Below, in pieces: positions 39,360-49,144 of a DNA stretch of 64,000 nt. Every line of letters begins with the position of its first letter. Within the stretch, counting starts at the first letter, position 1. Below the pieces are notes generated by a model. That model was not told the DNA's origin. It searched no databases and saw nothing but the letters and a program-made list of their open reading frames with translations. Made by a program: the position numbers and the translations under genes. Source of the stretch: Bacteroidales bacterium (GTDB lineage Bacteria; Bacteroidota; Bacteroidia; Bacteroidales; JAAYUG01); contig JAXLTS010000011.1 of assembly GCA_046329925.1 (NCBI GenBank), positions 45,307-109,306 on the forward strand, in the 5' to 3' direction.

Positions 39360-39757
39360 AAAAGTTCAGTATTAGCAAAGGATTGCATATCGTAAACACA
39401 AATTTAGTATACTTTTTATAAAAAAAAAATTCTATTTGATTATTTAATTCATATTGAGGCCAGAAAAAACAGCTGTTTGACCGGGTTTATGCCATAAAAA
39501 GCCAGTAAAAGTAAATATTACAGCAGTACGCTGGTATAAAAGCAAGGTCAGGACTGCATTTCAGGTGAGGGTGTTATAACAAAACCCATCCAGCCGGGTA
39601 TACGACCAGAGGGGTTATCAATTCTACCGGAGGCTGCCCGGAAAGGTTCAGAGAGACTTTCCCTATCTGAACAATGGGAGGGCATGCTGCTTGTCTGCAC
39701 AGGAGGGCCATACATCCCATCAGGCAGGCCACTGGTCAATATTAATCGCCTGGCTGC

Positions 39758-41872
39758 CTAGGGCTGTAAACTTTTCATCCCCAGGTTCCAGAAGGTAAAG
39801 GCATATATGTCTGCTGTTTCTTCGATTGCTACCGAGGTAGGTTTACCTGCGCCATGACCGGCCTGCGTCTGGATCCTGATCATCACCGGGTTATCGCCTT
39901 TATAGTTTTCCTGCAGGCTCGCGATGTATTTGAAGGAATGAGCCGGAACCACCCGGTCGTCATGATCGGCAGTAGTAACCAGCACAGCCGGATAAGGAAG
40001 CCCTTTGCGAATATTATGAATAGGCGAATATTTCAGCAGGTAATTGAACTGTACCGAATCATCGCTGGACCCATAATCGGCTACCCATGCTGCCCCGATG
40101 GTGAATTTCTGGAAACGGAGCATGTCCATCACTCCGACAGCAGGCAAGGCCACCCGGAATAGTTCCGGACGCTGGTTGGTTACTGCTCCCACCAGCAAAC
40201 CACCATTGGATCCTCCCTGGATAACGAGCCGGGAGGAGGAGGTAAAGCCCTCCTTTACCAGGTATTCGGCAGCTGCGATAAAATCATCAAATACATTCTG
40301 TTTTTTCAGTTTGGTGCCTGCCTCATGCCACTCTTCACCATATTCGCCACCTCCACGAATGCAGGCAACGGCAAATACGCCCCCCTGTTCAAGCCACAAC
40401 AGCCTGGAAATTCTGAATGCGGGAGACTGAGTAATATTGAAACCACCGTACCCATATAACCATGCCGGGTTGCTGCCATCCTTTTTAAGTCCTTTCCTGT
40501 ACACCATGAACATGGGAATTTTTGTTCCGTCCTTGCCAGGATAAAAGGCTTGTTCTATCTCGTATTTGGAGGGATCAAAATCCACTTTGGGAGCAAACCA
40601 TACCTCCGATTTTCCGCTTTTCAGATCGTATTTATATATTGTTGAAGGAAAGGTAAAGGAGGTGAAGGAGTAGAAGGCAATCTGATCTGTCATGTCTCCG
40701 CTCACCCCTTCCACCGTTCCGATAGCGGGCAGTTCCAGGGGGCCCTGCAGCACACCATCCAGATTGTAAATACCGAGTGTGCTTTTCACATCGTGGAGGT
40801 ACTCGGCAATGATTTTTCCACCTGCAAATACACAATTTTGCAGTACATCACCTGTTTGGGGAAGGATTTCTTTTTCAACCGGTGCATCCAGATTGGAAAG
40901 GTCTATGCGTAAAAGTTTTTTACGGGGGGCATCCTGGTTTGTAATCAGAAAAAGCTGGTTCTTAAAAATCCCGGCAACTGCGTTGTCAAACTCAAAACCT
41001 TTCCGCACACAAACCAGGTCGCTTCCAGGTTTGCGCAAATCCTGCACCCAGATTGCACTTCCCTTGCTACTCCATTCACTCTCATATATTACCAACCAGT
41101 TTTCATCTTCGCTCACCCAGGCACCATACATCCTGGACGGTTCAGAGGGATTCTGATAAACCAACACATCTGTCTTTTGCTCTGTTCCCAAACGATGATA
41201 ATAGATCTTCTGGAACGCATTCTGATTTGTCAGTTCAGCTCCCTTACCAGGTTCGTCGTACCGGGAATAATAGAATCCGTCATGAAACCAGGAGACACCG
41301 GAGAACTTCACCCATTGCAGGTGATCGGCAAGGTCCTGACCGGAGGCAAGATCTTTGATAAAAATCTCCACCCAGTCGGAGCCTCCGCGTGATATTCCGT
41401 AGGCACCATACTTCCCGTCTCTTGATGCTGAAAACAGGGAAACAGCCACCGTTCCATCCCTGGAGAGTTTATTGGGGTCGAGCAGAACTGCCGGCTCGGA
41501 ATTCAGGTCCCTGGCCATGTATAGCACATTCTGGTTTTGCAGTCCGTCATTCTTCCAGAAGAAATAATTTCCTCCCTCCCTGTAGGGGGTAGAAAGACGC
41601 TCATAATTCCACATGGCAGTAAGACGGTTGCGGATCGAATCGCGGTATGGAATAGTATTCAGGTATCCAAAAGTAAGTTCATTCTGGGCCTCCACCCATT
41701 TTTTCACATCGGCAGCAGTATCATTTTCCAGCCAGCGGTAAGGATCCTGGATAGTTTTTCCAAAGTAATTATCGGACACATCCACCTTTCGGGTTTCAGG
41801 ATATTGAAATGGGGAATTACTGCATGCATTCATAAAAAGCAGGATGATGGGAAGGAATAGTATTCTTTTCAT
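39758..41872 (-). CDS. Prolyl oligopeptidase (S9A family)
   Basis: Lipobox/signal; N-terminus DPYRWLENDTAADVKKWVEAQN is classic for prolyl endopeptidase; beta-propeller followed by alpha/beta hydrolase (GGSNGGLLVGAV, catalytic Ser). Confidence 0.85.
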   Translation of the reverse strand: MKRILFLPIILLFMNACSNSPFQYPETRKVDVSDNYFGKTIQDPYRWLENDTAADVKKWVEAQNELTFGYLNTIPYRDSIRNRLTAMWNYERLSTPYREGGNYFFWKNDGLQNQNVLYMARDLNSEPAVLLDPNKLSRDGTVAVSLFSASRDGKYGAYGISRGGSDWVEIFIKDLASGQDLADHLQWVKFSGVSWFHDGFYYSRYDEPGKGAELTNQNAFQKIYYHRLGTEQKTDVLVYQNPSEPSRMYGAWVSEDENWLVIYESEWSSKGSAIWVQDLRKPGSDLVCVRKGFEFDNAVAGIFKNQLFLITNQDAPRKKLLRIDLSNLDAPVEKEILPQTGDVLQNCVFAGGKIIAEYLHDVKSTLGIYNLDGVLQGPLELPAIGTVEGVSGDMTDQIAFYSFTSFTFPSTIYKYDLKSGKSEVWFAPKVDFDPSKYEIEQAFYPGKDGTKIPMFMVYRKGLKKDGSNPAWLYGYGGFNITQSPAFRISRLLWLEQGGVFAVACIRGGGEYGEEWHEAGTKLKKQNVFDDFIAAAEYLVKEGFTSSSRLVIQGGSNGGLLVGAVTNQRPELFRVALPAVGVMDMLRFQKFTIGAAWVADYGSSDDSVQFNYLLKYSPIHNIRKGLPYPAVLVTTADHDDRVVPAHSFKYIASLQENYKGDNPVMIRIQTQAGHGAGKPTSVAIEETADIYAFTFWNLGMKSLQP

Positions 41873-42033
41873 GCGGATAAAATTTTGGAGTAAGCGAATA
41901 CTCTAAGATAGTGGAAGCATTCGGAATTATTATCGCCATTTGGAAAGTGAAAATTATCTTATACAACATGACAGGATTAAAATGGTTCAGACAGAGAGTG
42001 CGGGTTTTAGCGAATCCACTCCGATTCTACGCT

Positions 42034-42067
42034 AAAAAAAAAGGCGCAACGGAAATCCGTATGCGCC
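42034..42067 (-). terminator. Rho-independent terminator after pnp
   Basis: On the minus strand, ggcgcatacggatttccgttgcgcc followed by ttttttttt. Confidence 0.7.
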
Positions 42068-42087
42068 CTTCTCACATTCTAACAGCT

Positions 42088-44223
42088 TTATTTATTCTCT
42101 TTGGGAGGTCTTGGCAGGAGAACCTTGCGGGAGAGTTTCATTTTTCCCGTTTTAGGATCCACATCGAGTAATTTCACCTCCACCTGTTCACCTTCCTTGA
42201 GGACTTCGGTAACGGTTTCGAGCCGTCTCCAGTCGATTTCGGAAATATGAAGCAGACCTTCCTTGCCGGGCATAATTTCCACGAAGGCACCGAAGGGGGT
42301 GATTGATTTGATGGTTCCCTTGTATATTTCACCAACTTCGGGAACGGCGGTGATAGCATTGACCCGTGCGAGGGCTGCATCGATAGAATCTTTGTTATCG
42401 GAGAAAATATCCACATATCCTCTACCCTCTTTCTCCTCAATTACGATGGTGGCACCGGTAACTGCCTGTATCTCCTGGACGATCTTTCCACCCGGGCCAA
42501 TGAGGGCGCCGATCATTTCTTTGGGGATGGTGATCTGGATGATGCGCGGTGCATGGGGTTTCAGGTCAGGACGCGGTTCAGACAGCACTTCGGTAATCTT
42601 CGACAAGATATGCATACGCCCGGCATTGGCCTGGCTCAGCGCCTTTGTAAGCACCTCGTATGGGAGTCCGTCGATCTTGATGTCCATCTGGGTTGCGGTA
42701 ATACCATCACGGGTACCAGCCACCTTGAAGTCCATATCACCCAGGTGATCCTCATCGCCAAGGATATCGCTCAATACGGCAAAACGTTTGGTTTCGGAAT
42801 CAGAGATGAGACCCATCGCGATTCCTGAAACAGGTTTTTTCAGTTTCACGCCGGCATCCATCAGGGCCAGCGTACCGGCACAGACAGTGGCCATGGAGGA
42901 GGAACCATTCGATTCCAGGATATCGGAAACCACGCGGATCGCATAGGGATTCTCATTGTTTGCGGGCATCATCGGCTTAAGGGCTCGGTGAGCCAGGTTG
43001 CCATGACCAATCTCACGGCGGCTCAGACTCCTTGCAGGACGAGCCTCACCGGTGGAGAAGGGAGGAAAGTTATAATGCAGGGTGAATTTCTCGGTACCTT
43101 TCATCATCACCTCGTCGATGATCTTCATATCCAGTTTATTACCCAGTGTAACCGAGGTGAGTGACTGTGTTTCTCCACGGGTAAAGATTGCTGAACCATG
43201 TGCTGCAGGGAGGTAATCCACCTCACACCAGATGGGACGAATCTCATCGGGTTTACGGCCATCCACGCGCAGGCTTTCATCGAGGATCAGGTTACGAAGC
43301 GCCTTTTTCTGCACGTCGTGATAATATCTTTTGATCATCACCTTGCGGGCACCATCTTCCTCTTCTCCGAGAAGTTCTGCAAGCAGTTCTTCCTGGATGG
43401 CTTCAAATCCTGCACTACGTTCATGTTTTGGAACGCCTGACTTGCCAATGGCATAAGTACGGTCGTAAGTCTTATCCCAAACCAGTTTACGAACTTCTTC
43501 GTTATTCAGTTCATGCGAATAGCTCCTTTTGGGTTTTGCACCCATCTCCTTATATAAATCGAGCTGAGCCTGGCACATGGGCTTGATGGCTTCGTGGGCA
43601 AACTTCAGTGCTTCAAGCATATCCTGTTCCGAAACCTCTTTCATTTCGCCTTCCACCATGAGAATATTATCAAGGGTGGCAGCTACCATCATGTCGATAT
43701 CGGACTGAGCCAGCTGTTCATGGTTGGGGTTCAACACAAACTTACCATTGATACGGGCTACGCGGGCTTCAGCAATGGGACCTCCGAAGGGAATGTCAGA
43801 AATGGTAAGAGCCGCAGAGGCAGCCAGGCCGGCAAGGGCATCAGGCAATATATCAGGTTCTGCGGAGATCAGGTTAACAGTAACAAAGGTCTCGGCATGA
43901 TAATCATCCGGGAACAGCGGCCGAAGTGCGCGGTCAACAAGGCGCGAAACCAGGATCTCATAATCCGAAGGACGGGCCTCCCGCTTCATGAAACCTCCCG
44001 GGAAACGGCCAACAGCAGCAAATTTCTCTTTGTATTCCACCGACAAAGGCATGAAATCGACCTCAGCGGAAGCATCTTTTGCGGAAACAACCGTGGCCAG
44101 CAACATCGTCTTTCCCATCTTCACAACCACTGAACCGTCGGCCTGTTTGGCCAGTTTGCCGGTCTCAATGGTAATTTTGCGGCCATCTGCTAATGTGATA
44201 ACCTTTTCGAATAACTTATACAT
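42088..44223 (-). CDS. pnp: Polyribonucleotide nucleotidyltransferase (PNPase)
   Basis: 711 aa; two RNase PH domains, KH and S1; conserved PNPase blocks throughout. Confidence 0.95.
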   Translation of the reverse strand: MYKLFEKVITLADGRKITIETGKLAKQADGSVVVKMGKTMLLATVVSAKDASAEVDFMPLSVEYKEKFAAVGRFPGGFMKREARPSDYEILVSRLVDRALRPLFPDDYHAETFVTVNLISAEPDILPDALAGLAASAALTISDIPFGGPIAEARVARINGKFVLNPNHEQLAQSDIDMMVAATLDNILMVEGEMKEVSEQDMLEALKFAHEAIKPMCQAQLDLYKEMGAKPKRSYSHELNNEEVRKLVWDKTYDRTYAIGKSGVPKHERSAGFEAIQEELLAELLGEEEDGARKVMIKRYYHDVQKKALRNLILDESLRVDGRKPDEIRPIWCEVDYLPAAHGSAIFTRGETQSLTSVTLGNKLDMKIIDEVMMKGTEKFTLHYNFPPFSTGEARPARSLSRREIGHGNLAHRALKPMMPANNENPYAIRVVSDILESNGSSSMATVCAGTLALMDAGVKLKKPVSGIAMGLISDSETKRFAVLSDILGDEDHLGDMDFKVAGTRDGITATQMDIKIDGLPYEVLTKALSQANAGRMHILSKITEVLSEPRPDLKPHAPRIIQITIPKEMIGALIGPGGKIVQEIQAVTGATIVIEEKEGRGYVDIFSDNKDSIDAALARVNAITAVPEVGEIYKGTIKSITPFGAFVEIMPGKEGLLHISEIDWRRLETVTEVLKEGEQVEVKLLDVDPKTGKMKLSRKVLLPRPPKENK

Positions 44224-44271
44224 ATCGAGTTGATATTATTTAAACCGAATAAAAAGCAGGCACTCAGATAA

Positions 44272-44297
44272 GAAAAAAGGCAATTGGGGAATTGCCT
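44272..44297 (-). terminator. Rho-independent terminator after rpsO
   Basis: ggcaattccccaattgcc followed by tttttt on the minus strand, 3 nt after the rpsO stop. Confidence 0.6.
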
Positions 44298-44298
44298 T

Positions 44299-44568
44299 TT
44301 ACTTACGCAGGTTAAGGTCTTTAACAATCTTCCTGTACCTGTCGATGTCCCGCTCATGGAGGTAATCCAGAAGCCTTCTGCGTTTACCAACCAGCTTGAG
44401 CAGTGCCCGCTGGGTGCTAAAATCCTTTTTATGTTCTTTCAGGTGCCCGGTAAGATAATTGATCCGCTCACTGAAAAGTGCAATCTGTCCTTCGGAAGAA
44501 CCCGTATCAGTTGCTGATTTTCCGAATTTTGCAAACAATTCCTTCTTTGATTCTGCAGTAAGATGCAT
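44299..44568 (-). CDS. rpsO: 30S ribosomal protein S15
   Basis: 89 aa; TGSSEGQIALFSERINYLTGHLKEHKKDFSTQRALLKLVGKRRRLLDYL is canonical S15. Confidence 0.95.
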   Translation of the reverse strand: MHLTAESKKELFAKFGKSATDTGSSEGQIALFSERINYLTGHLKEHKKDFSTQRALLKLVGKRRRLLDYLHERDIDRYRKIVKDLNLRK

Positions 44569-44764
44569 GTATTCCTATCGTTTATAGTTAATTATTCAAA
44601 TAAGACCCGCAAAAGTATGTAATTTTTTCGATAAAACACAATATCTTGTATCAGAAATACATGAATCCCTCTCTGGATTATTATCTGATTGATTTTCTTC
44701 AATTTAGAATACTCTGTAGGCCGAAAAGGCAGGGTCAGGCAAGGCTGTTGTCCATTTGAGGATA

Positions 44765-44832
44765 ACGGATTCATTTCCCTGTGTGTAGGGCCATGCCATG
44801 GCATGGCCCTACACACAGGGAAATGAATCCGG
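44765..44832. repeat. Perfect 68-bp palindrome (long hairpin / cruciform-capable inverted repeat centred on CCATGG)
   Basis: cggattcatttccctgtgtgtagggccatg-ccatgg-catggccctacacacagggaaatgaatccg is exactly self-complementary, read directly from the sequence. Confidence 0.9.
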
Positions 44833-44844
44833 CCCTTATATATC

Positions 44845-45745
44845 CAATTTAAAACGTGGTTCCGCCAACTGGGCTTTCACAATGCTGAACCCATCGGGAA
44901 GTGAATGGGGCCGGTATCCAGTTCCTCCCATGCCTTCGAAATATCCAGCCCTCCCCGGAGAGGCCTTTGCCCTTTTCCTTCAACCAGCGGAGCTTACCGG
45001 ATCAATCAGGAAGCATCAAGTTCAAAAACCCGTGCAACCTCCTCTGCTACCTGTAATACACTCAGGTAATCACCCTCCGGCCAGGTGGTAGATACCCTGT
45101 TTGTCTCCTTCTGCCAGCAACCTGATTCCTTCAGCCATCCTCGGCAAGGGTCGAGTGCGAAACCGGTCACATTTCACTTTTCACTTTTGCTTCACCCAGG
45201 GCATACCGAAGCCACAGGAGTATGTTGGGACGCGCAGTATCCGGATTCACCGTATACCAGGCTGGTTCTTATTATATCCTATGATTTAGCCTGATTCACG
45301 TACTCTTCTTCTTCTCGGCTTCCATCTTCGAAATGCCATAATAGTTTACAGCAGCGACCGCGTCAGATTCCTTATACCCGCCAGTGGTTCCATTAAACAC
45401 AAAGTCCTGAACTCAGCTGTATGAATGGGCATCCTGTTTATTGCAAGCTGCAGCAAGGTATTCCACTGCCTCCACATTCACCTTCCAGCAATCTTCCTTA
45501 TGTTCCTCACAGGTATCCACCTGGGTCATGGCGGCTGTATTGATTACCAGCGAAGGCTGATAGCGGTCGAATATATAATCCACCTTAATTTCGTTTGAAA
45601 TATCCATTAGTTCAAATGCATATCCTTCCGGCAGAAATTTTATCGTTACCGGAACGAAGTTGCCACGACCTTCCAGCCGGGGCTGCAAACCCGGCCACCA
45701 GTTTCTGACCCAGCAGGCCATTGCTACCCGTAATCACAGTCTTCG
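44845..45745 (-). pseudogene. rmlD: Decayed dTDP-4-dehydrorhamnose reductase gene (rmlD/rfbD remnant; multiple frameshifts and premature stops)
   Basis: Minus-strand translations in three different frames give consecutive RmlD blocks: (GTG)ITGSNGLLGQKLVAG; ...VINTAAMTQVDTCEEHKEDCWKVNVEAVEYLAAACNK; QGIYHLAGG; DYLSVLQVAEEVARVFELDAS; ...RPLRGGLDISKAWEELDTGPIHFPMGSAL. No single intact ORF. Confidence 0.7.
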
Positions 45746-45763
45746 CGTTTTATTTTTCAAGTT

Positions 45764-47059
45764 TCAAGTTTCAATTTTCAATTTTACATCAGGGCTTCGT
45801 GTAACGATTTTTGTTCCAATGGCACACTGCAGGCAATAACGCGGAACACAATAGTTATTCCTCAGCGAAGAGCGCTCGCAATTAAAGGCATGCCGGGCTT
45901 CCAGGCCTCGCTCAGCCCAGTGCCTGATGATGGTGTTATCCTCGGCCGGAATTTGTTCCAGCTGGGCAAGTGCATAGTCGACCACCTCCTGTTTCTTTCG
46001 ATCGGATCCCCAGGCAAAGAGGACCGGGATCATTGCATTGATAAGGATGATGGAAGCTGCTTCAGTACCAATCTTTTTCAGCGACTTTTTACTTTCCTTG
46101 TGAAACTGGAAGTGTGTTTCCCAGTATTCGGAAGCTGCAAGCCCGGTTACCGATCCGGCCAGCTGCGTGGTATTGCATGTCACGAGGTAAGAAAAATCCA
46201 TAATCCCGGACCGGATAAGAGCTGCCGCCTGTGCAATCCGGATGGTAGGAAAATTTCCGGGGCGCAGTCGCATGAACTTCCACTGATGAACATCCATGGG
46301 CCTGAGGGAATACTTCTTTTGCAGAAATTCATATTCGAGGCGCAGCTTTGTAAAGTATTCATCTTCGAATAACTCTTTTGCCAGGAATCCGGATTGCCCG
46401 AAGAGAAGCGCTTCCAATTGCAGCTGGTTGTCGCGGTGTTTCAGCAACAATTTATATGGCAGCATTCGCCCCAGTATTTCAAAGGGTGAACTGTTTACTT
46501 TCATTCCAAGGGCAAGCAGGGTCATGCGGTAAAAGACCTCCTGCCAGTCACCCCCGGCTTCCTCCAACAGTTGTTTAATTGATCCGGACCGTTTCTCCAG
46601 TCGTTCAACCATCATCCTTGCCAGCCACTGCCGTACCAGGAAAGGATCAAGAGACTTAAGTTTTTCTTCGCAGGGAGCCCAGGACTGATTGTTGCGCAGT
46701 GCATGATAATTCTGCATCAGTTGTTCGTCGCAGCGCAAGATGCAGGTGGATACCTCCCGGCCGGAGGAATTCAGTACCTCAACATCATGCAATTGCACCA
46801 GGTGTAGCACCACATTATCATAGGATTTATCGTGCTGATGCCGATGCCGGTTCCAGTCGGACGAACGAAGGTGTATCTCCGCATTGCCAGCCCATACGGT
46901 ATTGTTCACCCTGATCCGGCAGTTAAGGAAGTCGGGGCCTGCATCGGTATTGGGATCTCCCGGACGCAGGACTTCCACCAGGTCCCCGTTGCCGTTGCGC
47001 AGTGATTGAGGATCGTAGAGCCTGTATTTCCAGATGAAATGCAGGAATTCTTCATTCAT
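45764..47059 (-). CDS. DUF2851-family protein (Bacteroidota-restricted, function unknown)
   Basis: 431 aa; N-terminus MNEEFLHFIWKYRLYDPQSL resembles the family's characteristic start; no TM or signal peptide. Confidence 0.5.
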   Translation of the reverse strand: MNEEFLHFIWKYRLYDPQSLRNGNGDLVEVLRPGDPNTDAGPDFLNCRIRVNNTVWAGNAEIHLRSSDWNRHRHQHDKSYDNVVLHLVQLHDVEVLNSSGREVSTCILRCDEQLMQNYHALRNNQSWAPCEEKLKSLDPFLVRQWLARMMVERLEKRSGSIKQLLEEAGGDWQEVFYRMTLLALGMKVNSSPFEILGRMLPYKLLLKHRDNQLQLEALLFGQSGFLAKELFEDEYFTKLRLEYEFLQKKYSLRPMDVHQWKFMRLRPGNFPTIRIAQAAALIRSGIMDFSYLVTCNTTQLAGSVTGLAASEYWETHFQFHKESKKSLKKIGTEAASIILINAMIPVLFAWGSDRKKQEVVDYALAQLEQIPAEDNTIIRHWAERGLEARHAFNCERSSLRNNYCVPRYCLQCAIGTKIVTRSPDVKLKIET

Positions 47060-47070
47060 GGTATAAGGGT

Positions 47071-47904
47071 TCAGATAATCCGGTGTGCAGCGAGGAGCGC
47101 CTGCATCTCCTGCTGTACCTCCCGGGCTTTCTGTCCGGCCACTGTATCAAAATCATTGGTACAGTCGGCATAGATGATAGCCCTCGATGAGTTTACCAGC
47201 AGGCCGCAATGCTTGTTAAATCCAGCTTCTGAAACTGCTTTCAGGTCTCCCCCCTGTGCCCCGATGCCAGGCACCAGCAAAAAATGATCCGGGAGCAGTT
47301 TTCTTATTTGCCTGAAAACTTCAGGCCGGGTGGCCCCTGCCACGTACATCATATTCTCAGCCGTTCCCCAGTTACGGGAGGTAGTGATCACCTGTTCCCA
47401 GAGTTTCTGTTTTCCATTATCGACGGGCAAAAGCTGAAAATCATCTGCTCCCTTGTTTGATGTCACTGCCAACAGGATCACAAATTTTCCCTCCACCGAT
47501 AAAAAGGGAGCAACGGAGTCTTCTCCCATATACGGAGCCACGGTAACCGCATCAAAACCCATATTCTTCAGAAAGGTGAGGGCATACATCTTGGAGGTAT
47601 TGCCTATATCACCCCGTTTGGCATCTGCAATTAAAAAAACATTCGGATAACTTTTCCGGATGTAATCGACAGTCATTTCGAGATTGATCCAGCCGGCAGC
47701 ACCCAGGGTCTCGTAAAAAGCCAGGTTGGGTTTATAGGCCACGGCATAAGGGGCTGTGGCATCAACAATTTTTTTGTTGAATTCGAAAACTGCATATTCC
47801 TTCTCCAGAATGAAACGCGGAATCTGGTTAATGTCGGTGTCGAGGCCAACGCAGAGGTAGCTCTTCTTTTTCCTTATTTGTTCCACGAGATCCCGGTAAG
47901 TCAT
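47071..47904 (-). CDS. pyrF: Orotidine-5'-phosphate decarboxylase (long/type-2 form)
   Basis: 277 aa; LCVGLDTD..., AYKPNLAFYE, IADAKRGDIGNT motifs. Confidence 0.85.
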   Translation of the reverse strand: MTYRDLVEQIRKKKSYLCVGLDTDINQIPRFILEKEYAVFEFNKKIVDATAPYAVAYKPNLAFYETLGAAGWINLEMTVDYIRKSYPNVFLIADAKRGDIGNTSKMYALTFLKNMGFDAVTVAPYMGEDSVAPFLSVEGKFVILLAVTSNKGADDFQLLPVDNGKQKLWEQVITTSRNWGTAENMMYVAGATRPEVFRQIRKLLPDHFLLVPGIGAQGGDLKAVSEAGFNKHCGLLVNSSRAIIYADCTNDFDTVAGQKAREVQQEMQALLAAHRII

Positions 47905-47919
47905 GGCAGCTGGTATTTG

Positions 47920-49026
47920 TTATATCTCTTCGACTTTAAGACGTTCCGCATTTTCAGCAACCTGCAACTGGTCGATGATATCCTGTATGTCGCCGTCGAG
48001 GATTGCAGAAAGGTTGTACAGGGTGAGATTTATCCGGTGATCGGTAACCCGGCCCTGCGGATAATTATAGGTACGTATCTTGGCTGAGCGGTCTCCCGTT
48101 GAAACCATGGTACGTCGTTTTGAACTGATTTCATCCAGGTACTTCTGATACTCCAGATTATAGATGCGTGTGCGTAGTTCGTTGAGGGCCTTATCATAAT
48201 TTTTGATCTGGGACTTCTCATCCTGGCAACTTACCACGATTCCGGTTGGAATATGTGTTAATCGCACCGCAGAATAAGTGGTATTTACGCTCTGGCCGCC
48301 TGGTCCGGATGAACAGAAGGTATCTTTGCGGATATCTTCATTCCGGACGTCCACCTCGAATTCTTCGGCTTCCGGCAATACGGCAACAGTGGCTGCGGAG
48401 GTATGAATACGTCCCTGTGTCTCGGTTTGAGGTACCCGCTGCACCCTGTGCACTCCCGATTCGTATTTCAGGATACCATATACTCCGTTACCTTTTACAT
48501 TGGCTACCACTTCCTTATACCCGCCCATAGTTCCTTCGGAGGAACTGGTTACTTCCATCTTCCAGCCACGGCGTTCGAAAAATTTGGAATACATCCTGAA
48601 CAGGTCTCCAGCAAAGATGCTGGCTTCATCACCTCCTGTACCGGCCCTTATTTCGATAATGGCATTCTTATCATCCTCAGGATCTGCAGGAACCAGGAGA
48701 AGCCTTATTTTTTCCTCCATCGGCCCTACCCTGCTGCTCATATCATCCATTTCGGACCGGGCCAGTTCGCGGAGTTCTTCGTCCTTTTCGGTGGCGAGGA
48801 TTTCCTGAGCAGCCTTCAGGTTTTCCTGGATGTTCTTATATTCCTTGTATGCCTCAACGAGAGGTTCCAGTTCCCTGTACTCTTTATTGAGTTTCACGAA
48901 CTTCCGCATATCGGCAATTATTGCAGGATCGGTGATCATTTGCTCCACCTCCTCAAATCGGGCCCTGATTCCTGCCAACCGGTCTAAAAATAAATTATCA
49001 CTCATGTAATCAAAATGAACCCGCAA
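47920..49026 (-). CDS. prfA: Peptide chain release factor 1
   Basis: GGQ motif (SSGPGGQSVNTT); PxT-type recognition tripeptide (RVPQTE); 368 aa. Confidence 0.9.
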   Translation of the reverse strand: MRVHFDYMSDNLFLDRLAGIRARFEEVEQMITDPAIIADMRKFVKLNKEYRELEPLVEAYKEYKNIQENLKAAQEILATEKDEELRELARSEMDDMSSRVGPMEEKIRLLLVPADPEDDKNAIIEIRAGTGGDEASIFAGDLFRMYSKFFERRGWKMEVTSSSEGTMGGYKEVVANVKGNGVYGILKYESGVHRVQRVPQTETQGRIHTSAATVAVLPEAEEFEVDVRNEDIRKDTFCSSGPGGQSVNTTYSAVRLTHIPTGIVVSCQDEKSQIKNYDKALNELRTRIYNLEYQKYLDEISSKRRTMVSTGDRSAKIRTYNYPQGRVTDHRINLTLYNLSAILDGDIQDIIDQLQVAENAERLKVEEI

Positions 49027-49082
49027 AGTTAATAAAATCGCCCGTAACTTGCTTTTTTCCGGGGAAAGTGCCTGATACCGCC

Positions 49083-49133
49083 AAAAAACAAAGGTGAGAT
49101 GCCCAATTCGCCTGGCATCTCACCTTTTATTTT
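49083..49133. terminator. Bidirectional terminator after the S46 peptidase gene
   Basis: aaaaaacaa-aggtgagatgcc...ggcatctcacct-tttatttt. Confidence 0.6.
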
Positions 49134-49144
49134 ACAAGAGAGGT

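Noticed and set aside
39540-39750. RNase P RNA / SRP RNA / tmRNA in the GC-rich intergenic segment
   Set aside because: The universal P4 (AGGAAAGUCCGGGCUCC-type), SRP domain IV (GUCAGGUCCGGAAGG) and tmRNA tag-peptide/tRNA-like end motifs are all absent on both strands. It is kept only as an unexplained structured region.
44580-44760. rpsO promoter/leader call
   Set aside because: The region is AT-rich and plausible, but no exact consensus match could be fixed by eye.
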